Positions 11,456-24,375 of a DNA stretch of 64,000 bases are shown here, piece by piece. Made by a program: the position numbers and the translations under genes. The notes under the pieces were generated by a model. It saw nothing but the letters and a program-made list of their open reading frames with translations. It made no database searches and was not told the origin of the DNA. The number at the start of each line of letters is the position of its first letter. Position 1 is the stretch's first letter. Source of the DNA: Camelus ferus (taxonomy: Eukaryota); NCBI RefSeq assembly GCF_009834535.1, contig NC_045696.1:19346001-19410000 (forward strand). Direction: 5' to 3'.

Positions 11456-14400
11456 AGGGTCATGCCTGTAAGCCCAGGTGGGCCTTGGTCTGCGGGGGCA
11501 TTACTTTTGCACTAGATTGTCCTCTTCCCTTTCAACATATGCTTTGATGATCAAATTCTGCCTCCTGGTGGTCTTCATTCTTTGAATATGTGTAGAGGTA
11601 CCTAGTCTTCCTGTTTACCTTTCTGATGTTCAGGCCTCTGCTTCTTGCTGATTCCAGACACTTTCAGTGGGCCCGATACCCTTTCATTCCCAGTATTTGT
11701 TTATTTAAAGAAAAAGTAAATAGCAAACATTGAACCATATAATTGGCATAACCCTCAAATGAATAGATTCCTTAATATCAAAGCCTAGTGATTCTCAGAG
11801 TAAGATAAGAATGCTAACTAAAAAACTGGTTGTCAAATAGTGTTTTTCTAAATGTTTACTAGAAGGCATATTTTTTTTCTGTGGAAGGAGTCATTTAATT
11901 GGTCAGTAGTCTTCCCACTGATGCCAAGTCCTTCCAAGTTCCTGAATTGGCTTTTAGGGAAACTGATGCAATCCACATTATTTCCATCACAAAAAATCCA
12001 GCCAGTAGGGCCAGGTATGACTGAGGCATTAGGACCCCCATCACCACTTTAAAAGAATAAATAGATATTCCAGGAAAGAGATTTAAATGATCATCAAAAT
12101 GCCATACCCCTCGTTAGTAAATCAACTTTGAAGTGTATCCTTGAATCCACTTTAGAGTCTTTGAAATATTTGTCCACATAAAATGCATATCCGAATATTT
12201 ATATTCAAGTGTACAGGTAAAGTTGAAATATGATTTTGCTAATCAAGCTGATATGCCCATTGGAAAAGGATCACTGTGTTGTGTTTCCCTAAAAAAGTGT
12301 GCATTTAGAATATTGATCTGTGACAGGTTGTAAAAATTTCTCTATATCTCTCTGTTCCAACTACACACCTGTAGGCTCCTGACTGAAAGCAGTAATGAGA
12401 GTTTCCAAGAGGTCTGTATTGTTTCTTGTCTATACCCTTGTCAGTTTAACAGTGCTTGACGTGGTTTCAACACATAAAATTCATGCCTTGCACTCATATA
12501 ATGAGATAGTGAGTCTAAAGCTCAATTTGGATGCTGAGCGATGTTTACCAATATTTCAAGACAGTTCATAATGGAATAGTTCTTTGAGCTCCCGTTAATG
12601 GCCTTGTGTCTGAGCCATTTCTAATTTCAATAAAGTGAAACAGGTCTGTATTATACACCCAGTTCTAATCAGACAATTTTACACAACCGTACATAAGGTC
12701 ATAGCAATGGCCTAAAAACTGATACTAAAAAATGTGTCCTATTTCTTCAATAAATTTAAAATTACCACAACAATGATTTAGAGTCTGTATATCCCCTAAC
12801 TGTACACTTTACAATCTGCCATATTCTATGTTCAGATATAAAGATAAATATTATCTGAGGTTTAAAACCCTAACAGTGACTAGATTGTAAACCTCTTGGA
12901 ACCCTTTGTGTTTTACTTACATTTTTATATCAAGCACCCAAGAACAGTACCTTTCTTAAGCCCCATTCAATTCAGGTGCTTCTTTAGTCCTCTAAATAAA
13001 ACGTTCTGGTTCTGAATGTGAACAACTTTCATTTACCTGCAATTGTTCCAGTAGCTTTAGCCTTCACTGTGATCTTCAAACAGTGTTTTGTTCATATGTG
13101 GGCTCTTTAGGGACAGTGGGCATCACTGTCTTAAAACCAGCTTCTCCATCTCTGCCCAGAGGAAAGTGAACTTTTCTTCCCCTTCAGCCCACACTTGTAC
13201 CAGATCAGCTCCACTTTTAATGGCTGCAGAGAGGGTGGACTTCTGCGTAACACTTCATTAGGAAGCCAAAAAAAAAAAGAAAAAAAAGGCTGTGGGGTTC
13301 TACTGCTAAAATAAAAGTTTGCAATGCAATTTCTCAAAAATATATCAACTGCTAATTTAGGGAATTGGAAATATAGAAAATTTACCTGATTGGTTTATAC
13401 CTGCCCTCATCAGGAGCCAAAACCTCTCAACTCATTTTAAACCATGAAACCACAGCCATTACAAAACAAAATGAAATGAAATAACAAGTGATTTTTTTGT
13501 TCAAAAATTACTAAGAATTTCAAGACAGTGACAGCTGAACATAAAATCAGGAACAAAGCCCTCTAAGTGCACAGGCTGCAAAACCATGAAGCCCACCCTC
13601 CTCGACTAGAGGAGGGAAGCTTGTGTATTGGGATTTTAAATTATAATTATTTGAAACTGTTTAAAATAGCCTTTTCTTGCTTGGATGAATTATAAAAGAG
13701 TCTTTGGCAAACAAATAAAATCAGCCATTCAAGCACACTTCTGCATTGAGAGCTGTGCCCCTGAAACTCACGCAGAATGACATGAACCACATCGTGCAGC
13801 TTGGAGTGCCAGCACAGCACGGTGTTGACAATAAACTTGAAGGAGAATGAGGTCATTTATCAGCCAGCTTTGGCAAATTGCCTCTTTAAAATTCTTAGTT
13901 CCTTAACTGCAATAAATATCCATGTTTCCAATCTCTAGAACTGTAAAGGAGAGTTGCAGCACTGGAGGTGATTTCTTTGTTAAAAGTAAGGTGAATAGGA
14001 AATAGCCCTATCAGAAATAACACCCCGGCTACTAAAAGGAATAGGATGGCCGTTGCTTGTTCCAGAAGGATCATCCTATATTTTAGAAGCAACTATGTCA
14101 ATAAGGACTTTAATTAAACTAAAGTCATTTCTACTCCAGTAGATATCCAGCTAGAGAGATCATTGCCAAGGGAAGATTCTGAATGTGTTTAATAACCAGA
14201 AAAGATCTAAAGATCTTTGCTTGTCTTTTTGGATAGGTGATATTAAACACTTATTTTCTTCTGTGCTTCTTAAAACTCATATAGTGGTCATTATAAATAA
14301 GAAATTATATATATACATATATATGTATGGTTTTATGAAATAAATGGATAATATATTTAATTATAGTAGTCATTCTTAACTGTTATTTTTGAATTAAATC

Positions 14401-14519
14401 ATAGAATATCTGTGTGGACTAATATCAAGGTATAGTTACAACTAAGCAGAGTTCAAATCATGAAAGCTTTTGGACTCCCAGACAAATTAATGAGCAGTAA
14501 ATTAATCTTGTGGAACACT

Positions 14520-14980
14520 GCATTCAACTAACTCACCAATTTTATGTAATTATTATGTTTAAGTCTTTTTGTTATTCCCAAGGAGATACAAAACTACTAG
14601 TCTCTGACCTCAAGGAGCTAACATTTTAATGGGTGAGGAAGAGAATATACTAAGTACATAAGGTTTACATCATATATGCACATAAATATTGATACATGTA
14701 ATAGCACCTATAAATAAAATGTATGGCAGAGAACACATGGAAGTGATGAAGAATTTATCATGAACAAGCAATAGGACAATCAGGGTATGTTTCATAATAA
14801 ATTAGGTACTGAAATTTAAGGAGAATTCAGACATAGAAAAAGGAAAGCAAATTCTAAACATAGAGAAATAGCAGAGTAAAAGGCACAGATACAACACTGT
14901 GTTTGACACATATAGAAATTATGTACACAGCTTCAAGGACTAAGGCAGTTTTGCTACAAGCATGTATGGGTTATTGCAAA
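14520..14980 (-). mobile_element. L2 fragment
   Basis: tagtctctgacctcaaggagctaacattttaatggg is a reversed L2 3' motif. Confidence 0.5.
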
Positions 14981-17442
14981 TTTTCTCCTGTTACTCACTT
15001 CTTTCTTAATTTCTCACAGTCGTTGTATGTCATTCTGTATGAAAAGATACAGAGAAATCTAAAGAGAGGGGGGAAAAATAATCATTTCATAAAATGGATG
15101 GCTCAGGGATGAGCATGTGAATTTCTCATTCATCTTATATTGTTTAAAGCTGAATCTCTCCTTATCAGATGCCCAAGGGGTAAAGGTCATTTGACATGGA
15201 GTACTTAGCTACAATGACTTTTTAAATTATTCATTAATCAAGCCATTTAAGATGCTTTAAAATATGTTCTTCGGCAGTTATATGGTTTCATAAATGCTTT
15301 CACTCTTGTAAAATCTTATTGTTTCCATTTACTCATTCTCCAGTGCCATTTTAAAACAATATAATGTGACCTCAGGAAGAATCACTTAAGAATTAGTTCC
15401 AGAAGTTCAAGCACATTGCCTCTGGATAGATAGTTTTGTTTAATTTGTTTGTTTTTATTTAATTATCCTACCATGTTCTGTAAGAACTTCTGAATAAAGG
15501 CTCTAAGATTTAAGATATTTGAAATGCTTAATAAAACTTTTGGACACTAACCAACTTCTCACTATTCAAGTGTGAATTTTGGATTCAAATTTTATACATC
15601 CTTAGTAACATCTTCATGATTCAGCTTGTTTGTGCCTTAGAGACTCAAATTAATTCTCATGCTTATTTACAGTAAGTGAATATGTTTTTTATATAAAGGA
15701 AATTATTGCTTCGTTTTCTTTTCTTTTAACTAGGAAAGCCACTTATTAATGAAGTTCCCTAAGATGGAGATTTGAGTTATATCAACATTGATTCAATAAG
15801 GGTGGGAAGGAAAGAGAAATTTAGGATTTTAAGTTGAGCAAATAAATCATGAAGTTAATTTTAATGGAGATAGGAGAACTGAAAAGGAAGTGAACTGAAA
15901 GTATAGAGAATGAGGTCACAATGAGACCCACTGAATTTAAGCTTCTTGGGGACATCATATCGGAAATACTAAAGAGATATAGTGAAAAAGGATGTTTGAT
16001 GAATACCTTTAAAATAAGTATATGATATGAATAAATGCATAACTGAATAACCACAGTTTTAGATCTCAGGACAGACTTTATAAACTTCAGTATGAAAATC
16101 ACGGTTGAAACTGTGAGATTAGATCATCAGACAGATCGTGAAAAGAGAGATGAGAACACTAACGAAATTGAACCTGAAAAATATCTGCCAAGTCTCGTGT
16201 GTGAGAGGAATAAGAGTCAGCAATTGATTCTGAGAATGAATAGCCAGAAAGGAAGAAGGAGAATCAAAGTAAAGGATGGTTCAGAAGCCAAAAGGCATCA
16301 AATAATATGAGAATATAAAAGCCATTGAGCTTGCCCTTATCAGATGTATGATTGTTCTCAGCCTTAGAATACTAGAAATTTAAAAAAATCATTTTACTTC
16401 GAGGCATATTTATTCATACTCATGTTGTGAAGTAAAAAAAAAAAGATATATATATGCATATATATACATGCTATATCGTATTGTTTAATTGCAGTTTATA
16501 TTTATTGGGTTTGTTCTAATCATGTCTTGCTGTATTCACAAGCTAAACCTAACCCACTATTCCAGCTGCCTGTGGTCCAAGTCCTGGTCCAAATTTTACA
16601 GCTAAAGATGAGCAGAGACTTGGGAAAGTGCTTAACATTGAGTACATGTAGGCAACTGAAACTTAATTTTAAACTATCCACCACCAATATTTATGTTTCC
16701 ATAACTTATTAAAGCCTCAGGAAGACTAAGAGAATTGTATAATTAATGGTTATGGTCCTTGGATATATCCTATGCTTGGTGTTATAAGAATTGCCAGGGA
16801 AGTTTTGCCTAAACATTGAGTCTATAAATTCAAACAGACAAATCCAATTAGAGGAGGCTCTGGAAAATGTGCTGACAAGGAGAAATCACCTATTATGTGT
16901 TCAAGTTTTTGGTTCACTACTTAGGAGTGCTGTAGATCAATTTTGTCTCTAAGCTTAAATTCCCTTATATGTGATATAAAGATAATAGTAGCTTCCCCAC
17001 CAATCTCATACAGCTTCTGAAAAGCAAAATGTATGGTATTATTTCAGTATACTGGGAACTTCTCTGGTGTATGAACAGTCTGTTAAGTGTATATCTGTGT
17101 ACTATGAGTATCATAAAAAGTTTAATATGCCTTTTAGTGCACAGTAAGCTATTTTCCATATCACAAAGTAACAAGCTTACCATTTTTAGGCCAAAAAAAA
17201 TTGTTGTGTCAACTCTGGGTAAACGTTTCTCTTACAGAGAAAAATGTTGGGATATAAAGATCCAAACTCTGATTTTCCCACAGAAACATCAAAAAACAAC
17301 CAGAAACTGGTTGTAATAGGCTTACAGGATCCCTGGAAAACAGTTGAAGATCTACAACAATCAAGCTAATGCTTAATCAAGCAAAAGTCACCTTCAAAAC
17401 AATAGGAATTTTTTTGTGGTTTTTAATCACCCTGACCCCACT

Positions 17443-17917
17443 GATATTTGCACAACGATGTTCAGAGCAACATTATTCACAATAGCCAAAAAGTGGAAAC
17501 AGCCCTAATGCCCAGAAACAAATGAATGGATGAATCAACGCGGTATATACAAATAATGAAATACTTAGCCTTAAAAAGCAGCAAAATTCTGATACATGCT
17601 TCAACACGGATAAACCTTGAAGACATTACGTTGAGTGAGATAAGTCAGACACGAAATAACAAATATTGCATGATTCCACGTATATGAGATACCAAGAATA
17701 GTCAAATTCATAGGGAACCAAAGTACAGGAGAGGTGTCAGGGCTGGAGGGGAGTGGGAGAATGAGGAGATATTGTTTAATGGATACAGAGTTTCAGTTGG
17801 GATGATGAAAAAATTCTGAAGGTGGATAGCAGTGAAGTAAATGCAATTAAGGAGACTGAATAGTATGTGTAAAATGTTTAAATGGCCAATTTCATGTTGT
17901 GTCTGTTTTAGCACACC
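17443..17917 (+). mobile_element. L1MB-type LINE-1 3' end
   Basis: atgttcagagcaacattattcacaatagccaaaaagtggaaaca...aaccttgaagacattacgttgagtgagataagtcagacac...acagagtttcagttgggatgatgaaaaaattctg. Confidence 0.85.
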
Positions 17918-19592
17918 AAACATCTTCCTAGCCTACGTTTTTCTTTTGAAGTGTTAGTGCTTCCTCATAGAATAGTGGAAGTCAATTTTGTAGATCTATT
18001 AACAACCAGAGGGAAAGAAGCCGTCGATCATCTTGGATCCACTAAGGAAGTATTAGCTGTTTCTATTGAAAAGAAGTTCACTTTTTCTCACCATATTCTG
18101 TTAGAGAAAATAAAAGTATGGGAGTATATCAAGGTTTTATTTCGTTTTTAATGAAAACTGCCCATATGTGTAATTTTGAACATAGAAAATATTATTTAGA
18201 TGTTATCTTTTGGCTTTATAAATTAATATTCATTAGATATCGAAACACAAATACTTAGTTTTTTCTAAAGGTTTTAGAAATATTATTCTGTTTATAAATC
18301 TGGCATATTTTAAACTTTAATGTATTTCCAAATCCTGGATGCATTTTCTTAACAATGGAAATTCAATTTTATTACAACTGCAAATAATAATTGTGCCATA
18401 CCAAAGCAAATTATGCTAATTGAAAACTGTTCAAATATTTTAATGTAATTTTAAGAGTAAAACCATGGTCAAATAGGAATTGTGGACTTCATATGATTAA
18501 ATGAAATAAAAAATATATAATTAAGCAGTAGCTTAGGAAGTTACTAGTGTTTTAAAATTTTGTATTACCCTGGTTGCTCAAAATTTGTTTATATAAATTT
18601 TGATGATTAGAACATTCATTTCAACAAAGTTGTTTTTGAAAAACCACGGAGTGGGAAGTAGTATTTAAAATGTCATGAAAATATTGCCATAAAATAGAGT
18701 AGACATAATTGACTGAAAATACACTTAAAAATTTAAATGATAAATTTGCATACATTAAAAAATGGCTTAAAAGGCTTATGACAAATTAAAGAACACTAAT
18801 TTCCTCTGATATTTAAAAGGTACCATTAAATAAAAGCCCCAAAAGTATGAGTATTCTATTTTGACCAATTTGTTATTTTGATCAATTTGTTTGCAGTCAA
18901 ATAGTTTTCTACAAATTGAGTTTCCACCAATTCTCCTGGAGCTGGTAGATGCCGGAGAGGCTAGATATTTTAGCAGGTAGTGGTGGTGAGATGGCTGGGG
19001 TTGAACTATTCCATAACTCAGAGTTTTTCCTCTTAGTGAAGTGGTCTCTAAGAGTATCTGCTAGGAAGGTGAATGATTTTTTTTTTTTTTAGTGGAGACA
19101 CAATTGACTTCTGCTCTGTAGAAAATATGACCTCAGTTGTTGCATTTGTGTTTTATTCCCCTAGAAGATATGAACCTATTTTACATCTGTTAGCAAACTT
19201 GCCTTGGAATTCCATATATATATCATATATACAAATTTATATTTATATTTTATACATATGTTCTTCAAATTCTTCTTTGAACTGATTTCAACATCTTACT
19301 AGTTTCCACATTAATTAATGGGTTAAAATATTTGATACACACAAATTTTATACTTGTATGAGACCCATACTTTATCTTCTTAAAAATGATAACTCAGCAG
19401 CACTAATAACTAACAGATAAGTTACAGATAAGAGCTTTCTTGATCCTTCCTTCACAGGCCCTGATCTACATAAAGGTAGTTCAGAAAGTAGGTGTTCCTC
19501 AAGGAAAGAATTCTAGACTACTACTTCAGATAAATCATGGGGACTCTCCAGGAGCTGATAAAGTGGGTACAGCACTAGAGGTACTTCTGCCT

Positions 19593-22500
19593 CAGAAGTT
19601 TGTACCTTTTGACTACCTTCCTCCAATTCCCCTTTCCCCTACCCTATGCCCTTGGTATTCACAAGTCTGATACCTTTTCCTCTGAGTTTGTTGGTTTGTT
19701 TAATTTTTACATATAAGTGATATTATACACTATGAGTCTTTCTCTGTCTGGCTTATTTCACTTAGCATAGTGCCTTCAAGGTCTATCTATGCTGTTGCAA
19801 ATGGTAGGATTTCCTCATTTTATGGCTGCATAACAATCCATTGTATGTATATACAACTTCTTTACCCATTCATCCATCCATGGACAGTTAGGTTGTTTCC
19901 ATGTCTTAGCAATTGTACATACTGTTGCTTTGAACATAGGGGTAAAGAAAACTTTTTGAGTTATCACTATTTGAGTTATTGAGTTTCTACTTCCTTTGAA
20001 TAAATTCCTAGAAGTGGAATTGCTGGATCATGTGGTAGTCCTATTTTTAATTTTTTTAAGGATCCTTTGTACTGTTATCCATGGTGGCTGCACCAATTTA
20101 CAGTCCCAACAACAGTGCTCAAGGGTTCCCTTTTCTCCACATCTATGCCAGAATTTATCATCTCTTGTCTTTTTGACGATGGCCATTCTAACAGGCATGA
20201 AGTGATACTTCTTTGGGGTTTTAATTTGCATTTCACTAGTGATGCTGAGCATCTTTTCATGTACATGTTGGCCATACTTTTATTTTCTTCATAGAAATGT
20301 CTATTTAGGCCCTTTGCTCATTTTTCACTTGGGTTATTTGGGGTTTTGTTGCTATTGAGTTGAATCAGTTCTTTATATATTTTATATATTAACCCTTTAT
20401 TAGATATATGGATTGTAAATATTTTTTTTCCCATTCTGTAGGTTGTCTTTTCACTTTGTTGATGGTTTCTGTGCCATATAGAAGTTTTTTAGTTTCACGT
20501 GGCCCCACTTGTTTATTTTTTATTTTGTTGCTTGTGCTTTAGGTGGCATAATCCAAAAAAATCATTGCCAAGAACTATGTCAAAGAGCTTTATTCCTAAG
20601 TTTTCTTCTGGGAGTTTTATGGTTTTAGGTCTCACATGTAAGTCTTTCAGCCACTTTGAGTTAATTTTTGTGAGTAATTTTGTGGCGTAAAGTGTGGGTC
20701 CAGTTTCATTCTTTTATATATGAATAGTCAATTATCTCAGCACAATTTATTGATGAGATTGTCTTTTCTCCATTGAGTATTCTTGGCTCCCTTGTCATAT
20801 ATTAGTAGAGAAAATATGCTTGGGTTTATTTCTGAGCTCTCAGTTCTGTTCCATTGGTCTATTTGTCTGTTTTTATGCTAGACCATACTGTTTTGATGAT
20901 TAGAGTTTTATAGTATAGCTTGAAATCAGGAAGTGTGATGCCTCCTGCTCTATTCTTTCTCAGGATTTCATTGGCTATTAGGGATTTTTTTGTGGTTCTG
21001 TATATATTTTAGAAGATATGACTTCTACTTCTGTGAAAAATTCCATTAGAATCCTGATAGAGACTGCCTTGAATCTATAGATGACTTTTGGTAATATGGA
21101 TATTTTAACATCAGTTCTTCTAATCCGTGAAAACTGATACCTTTTCATTTATTTAGGTCTTTGATTTCTTTCATCAATGTCTTATAGTTTTTAGAATAGA
21201 GATCTTTCACCTCGTTAGTTAAATTTATTCCTGAATATTTTATGGGTTTTGATGTTATTGTAAATGGGATCAGCTTCTTTATTTCTTTGTCAGAAAATTC
21301 ATTGTTGATATATCCAAACGCTACAGATTTTTTTATGTTACTTTAGCACTTTTTTGGTTGGTCTAAAATCATGTCCTTTGTAAACAGAGACAAGTTTACT
21401 TCTTCCTTTCCAATTCTGATACCTTTTATTTCTTTTTCCTACCCAATCACTCCATCTAGGGCTTCTAGGACCTTGTTGAATAGGAGTGGTGAGAGTAGAC
21501 ACCCTTGTCTTTTTCCTCAGTGGTTCAACACTAAGTCTGATGTTGGCTGTGTGCTTATCATTTATGATATTTATTATGTTGAGAAAAGTTCCTTCTATGC
21601 CCAATTTGTTAAGAGTTTTTATTGCGAAAAATGTTGAATTTTTGTCAAGTGATTTTTCTGCATCTATTGATATGATCATATGATTTTTTGCTTTCATTCT
21701 ATTAATGTGATTTATCACATTGATTGATTTGCATATGTGGAACCATCTTTGCATCTCAGGGATAAATCCCACTTGATCATGATAGATAAATATTCTTTTA
21801 ATGTGCTGTTAAATTTAATTTGTATTTTATTGAGAAATTTTGTATCTTTATTTGTCAGGAAGATTGGCCTGTAGTTTTCTTTTTCAGTAGTTTCCTTTCC
21901 TGGTTTTAGTTTTAGGATTATGCTAGCTTCATAAAATGAGTTTGAAAGTGTTCCTGTCTCTTCAAATTTAGTTAGTAGAGTTTGATTAATTTCCTTTGGT
22001 GGTGTCATATTTACCTTATTTTTTGTGATCCTTGACTCCTTATATTGGTATCTGTGCATTTGAATAATCAGGCTTCATTTCCAGACTTTACAGGTTTGCT
22101 GTGGCAGAAACAGTTCTTCACCAGTAAGCTCAGTTTGGATTTCTGGGTGTGTCTGCTGGTAATGCCCTTGGGCAGATGGGGCCTGCTATTATGTTCTGTT
22201 TTGGGATGAGGTAATTATTTGAGCTCTGAATTTGAGCATGGGGTTGTGCCACTGGCTGAGAATAGTTCTATAGGGCTGTAAGCTTGATTCCCTACCCAAG
22301 TTGGGCTGTAGGATGGTTTCTGTGGTTGCCTGGATTCTCTGGTCGGTGTTATAGACAGTCAGGACTGGATACTATATTCAGTAGCAGATGAAACTATGAA
22401 TTAACTTCCCTACTTTGCCAGGGCAGCAGAATGGAAACTAAGGTCTATATATCTCATTGTCTGGGGACCCAGCTCAGGTAGAGTGCACTGAATTCCCTGC

Positions 22501-24375
22501 TCGGATGAGATCACAGGTTTTGCTCTACAGATGGGGGAAGCCACAGACTATGTTCTCTGTTCAAGTGCCACTGTCCATAGGGTTGTTAATTGTGATATGT
22601 AGCTTTCTGTCTGCTCTTGATAGGTTCCCTGGTGGGCCTGGCTGGAAGCCGTACTCAGTGATGAGCTGGGCTATGAACTGGATTCCCTGTCTGGGCACAG
22701 TAGGAAAAGCAGCCCTAAAACTGGTAAAGCAATGTGTTCATTGTCTTAACTCAAGCTGACCCACACCCTAAATTTCCTGACTGAACGGGGTCACTGGCTT
22801 TGCTCTGAAAATTAACCCTGTCTGCTCACCTCTCAGCTTGAGTGCTGGAAACCACACATCTTCCAGGAGTTGTCCTCAGCTGTTCTGGTAAGATAGGGTC
22901 AGAAGACAGTCTCCATAGCAGGTGGGGCCCTCAGATCCCTTGCCTGGGTGGGTGGAGGACAGACCTCTCTAGGATACTCCCAATTTCCCAAATAATCTTT
23001 CCAGTTGGGAGAGATCAGCTGCCACTCTCAGCGCTGGCTATGAATTAACCTCCTCCCTGTGTGTAGCACAGGAACACTCCATGCCAGGACTGGCTTTGCT
23101 CCAGGGGCTGTCAGCTCTGCGTGCCCATCTCTTGGCTCCAGTGCCACTGGGTTGCACAGCTTCCTGGAGTTGTTGCCAGCCCTTCTCTGATTAGATGGGG
23201 CTGGAAGACACTCTCCATAGTAAGCAAAGCTCTGATTCAGCTCCTTATCTAGGCATGAGATAACCAGGCTTTAGGGCCAGCAAAGTCCATGTGAGGATCT
23301 GTATCAGGCAGATCTGCACCCCTTGAAGTTCCCTGGTCTTAGTATAACAGGGAAGAACAAATATGACTCTATATTATATCTGTTCCTTTAGCTCTAACCT
23401 CATGCTCTGTTTCCTATGCTTAGTCATGGTGATTCTGCACCTTTTGTAAAAGACTGTTGTGTATAGCCTATAATATACAGGACAGCTCATTCTCAAAGCT
23501 CAAACTTTTAAGGGTATAACATGTTTTCGTTCATATAAAGATAAAAAGTTGCAGAACAGAGAATAACAATTTGTCTTGTTAGAGGCTTACAGAAACATTG
23601 TGACCTGATCTTCATGGACAACTGCAAGAACAAAGTATTCTGACAACTAAGAAGTTTGCAGCAACCAACCACATCGCCTCCCCTTTTAGAATGAAAGAAG
23701 CCCGATTCTGCCTTGGGTAGGATGGTTCTCTAGAATATTAGTTCACCAACTTCTTCTCAGTCTGCTGGTTTTCTGAATAAAGTCATTATTCCTTGCCCCA
23801 ACACCTCATCTCCTGATTTATTGACTTGTCCTGCAGCAAGCAGAATGAGTTTGGACTCAATAATGATAGTGTGCTCTTGACTTGGTTCTGCAGATGAACA
23901 AATCCACCGGTTGGGATTTGGGCACTGCAGGTATGAACTCTATCTGTCAAGATCTCTCTGCTGATTTTTGCAAGCCCTTTCTTCTTTCTTCATCATAGTC
24001 AGATTCCTAGGGGTTTCCCTGCAGTTCCAGTGATGCAAGATCAGAGTAGGGGCTCTCGCAAAGTGATGCACTCTGCTGGGAAGCTGGGTGTCCCTCCTGG
24101 GTTCTCTTTTCCCAGTGGAGGAAAAGGAGGCTCAGGTCTCTCTGCCTGATGCTCTGTTGGCCTGGGGGAAGGGCAATGTGGTCAACATGTAGCCACTTCT
24201 CTTACTGCTAATACAGTCTGTCTTGATCCCTGAGATGCAGGGATGTGCTTCAGCCTCAACCTCATATTCTAGGATTCTTTTAGTGGTGTCTTGTTCTTGA
24301 ATAGTTGTTAGTTGTTCTTCTTGTGAAGGGGAGCAAAGTCAGGAACAATCTATGTTGCCATCTTGGTGACGCCAC
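19593..24375 (-). mobile_element. Old LINE-1 (L1MA9-like 3' end) with 5'UTR, large internal deletions and a nested LTR
   Basis: ORFs 20028..20252 ([10 protein letters not shown]), 21338..21772 ([24 protein letters not shown]...MIISIDAEK) and 21715..22059 (FYEASI...ENYRPI) are L1 ORF2 remnants. GC-richer 5'UTR at about 22100-24375 starts on the minus strand with caccaagatggc (YY1-type L1 start). Confidence 0.9.
23343..23865 (+). mobile_element. ERV1 solo LTR (MER41-related, artiodactyl type) inserted in the L1 5'UTR
   Basis: Begins tataacagggaagaacaaatatgactc; aataaa near 23776; ends ggactcaataatg. 4-bp TSD ttag/atag; L1 5'UTR resumes on both sides. Confidence 0.75.

Noticed and set aside
16850..18125. 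CR1/L3 fragments near 16880-16940 and 18010-18125
   Set aside because: Similarity to remembered CR1 motifs is too weak to call without an HMM search.
20028..21772. Functional reverse transcriptase gene
   Set aside because: L1 ORF2 fragments with stops, frameshifts and deletions.
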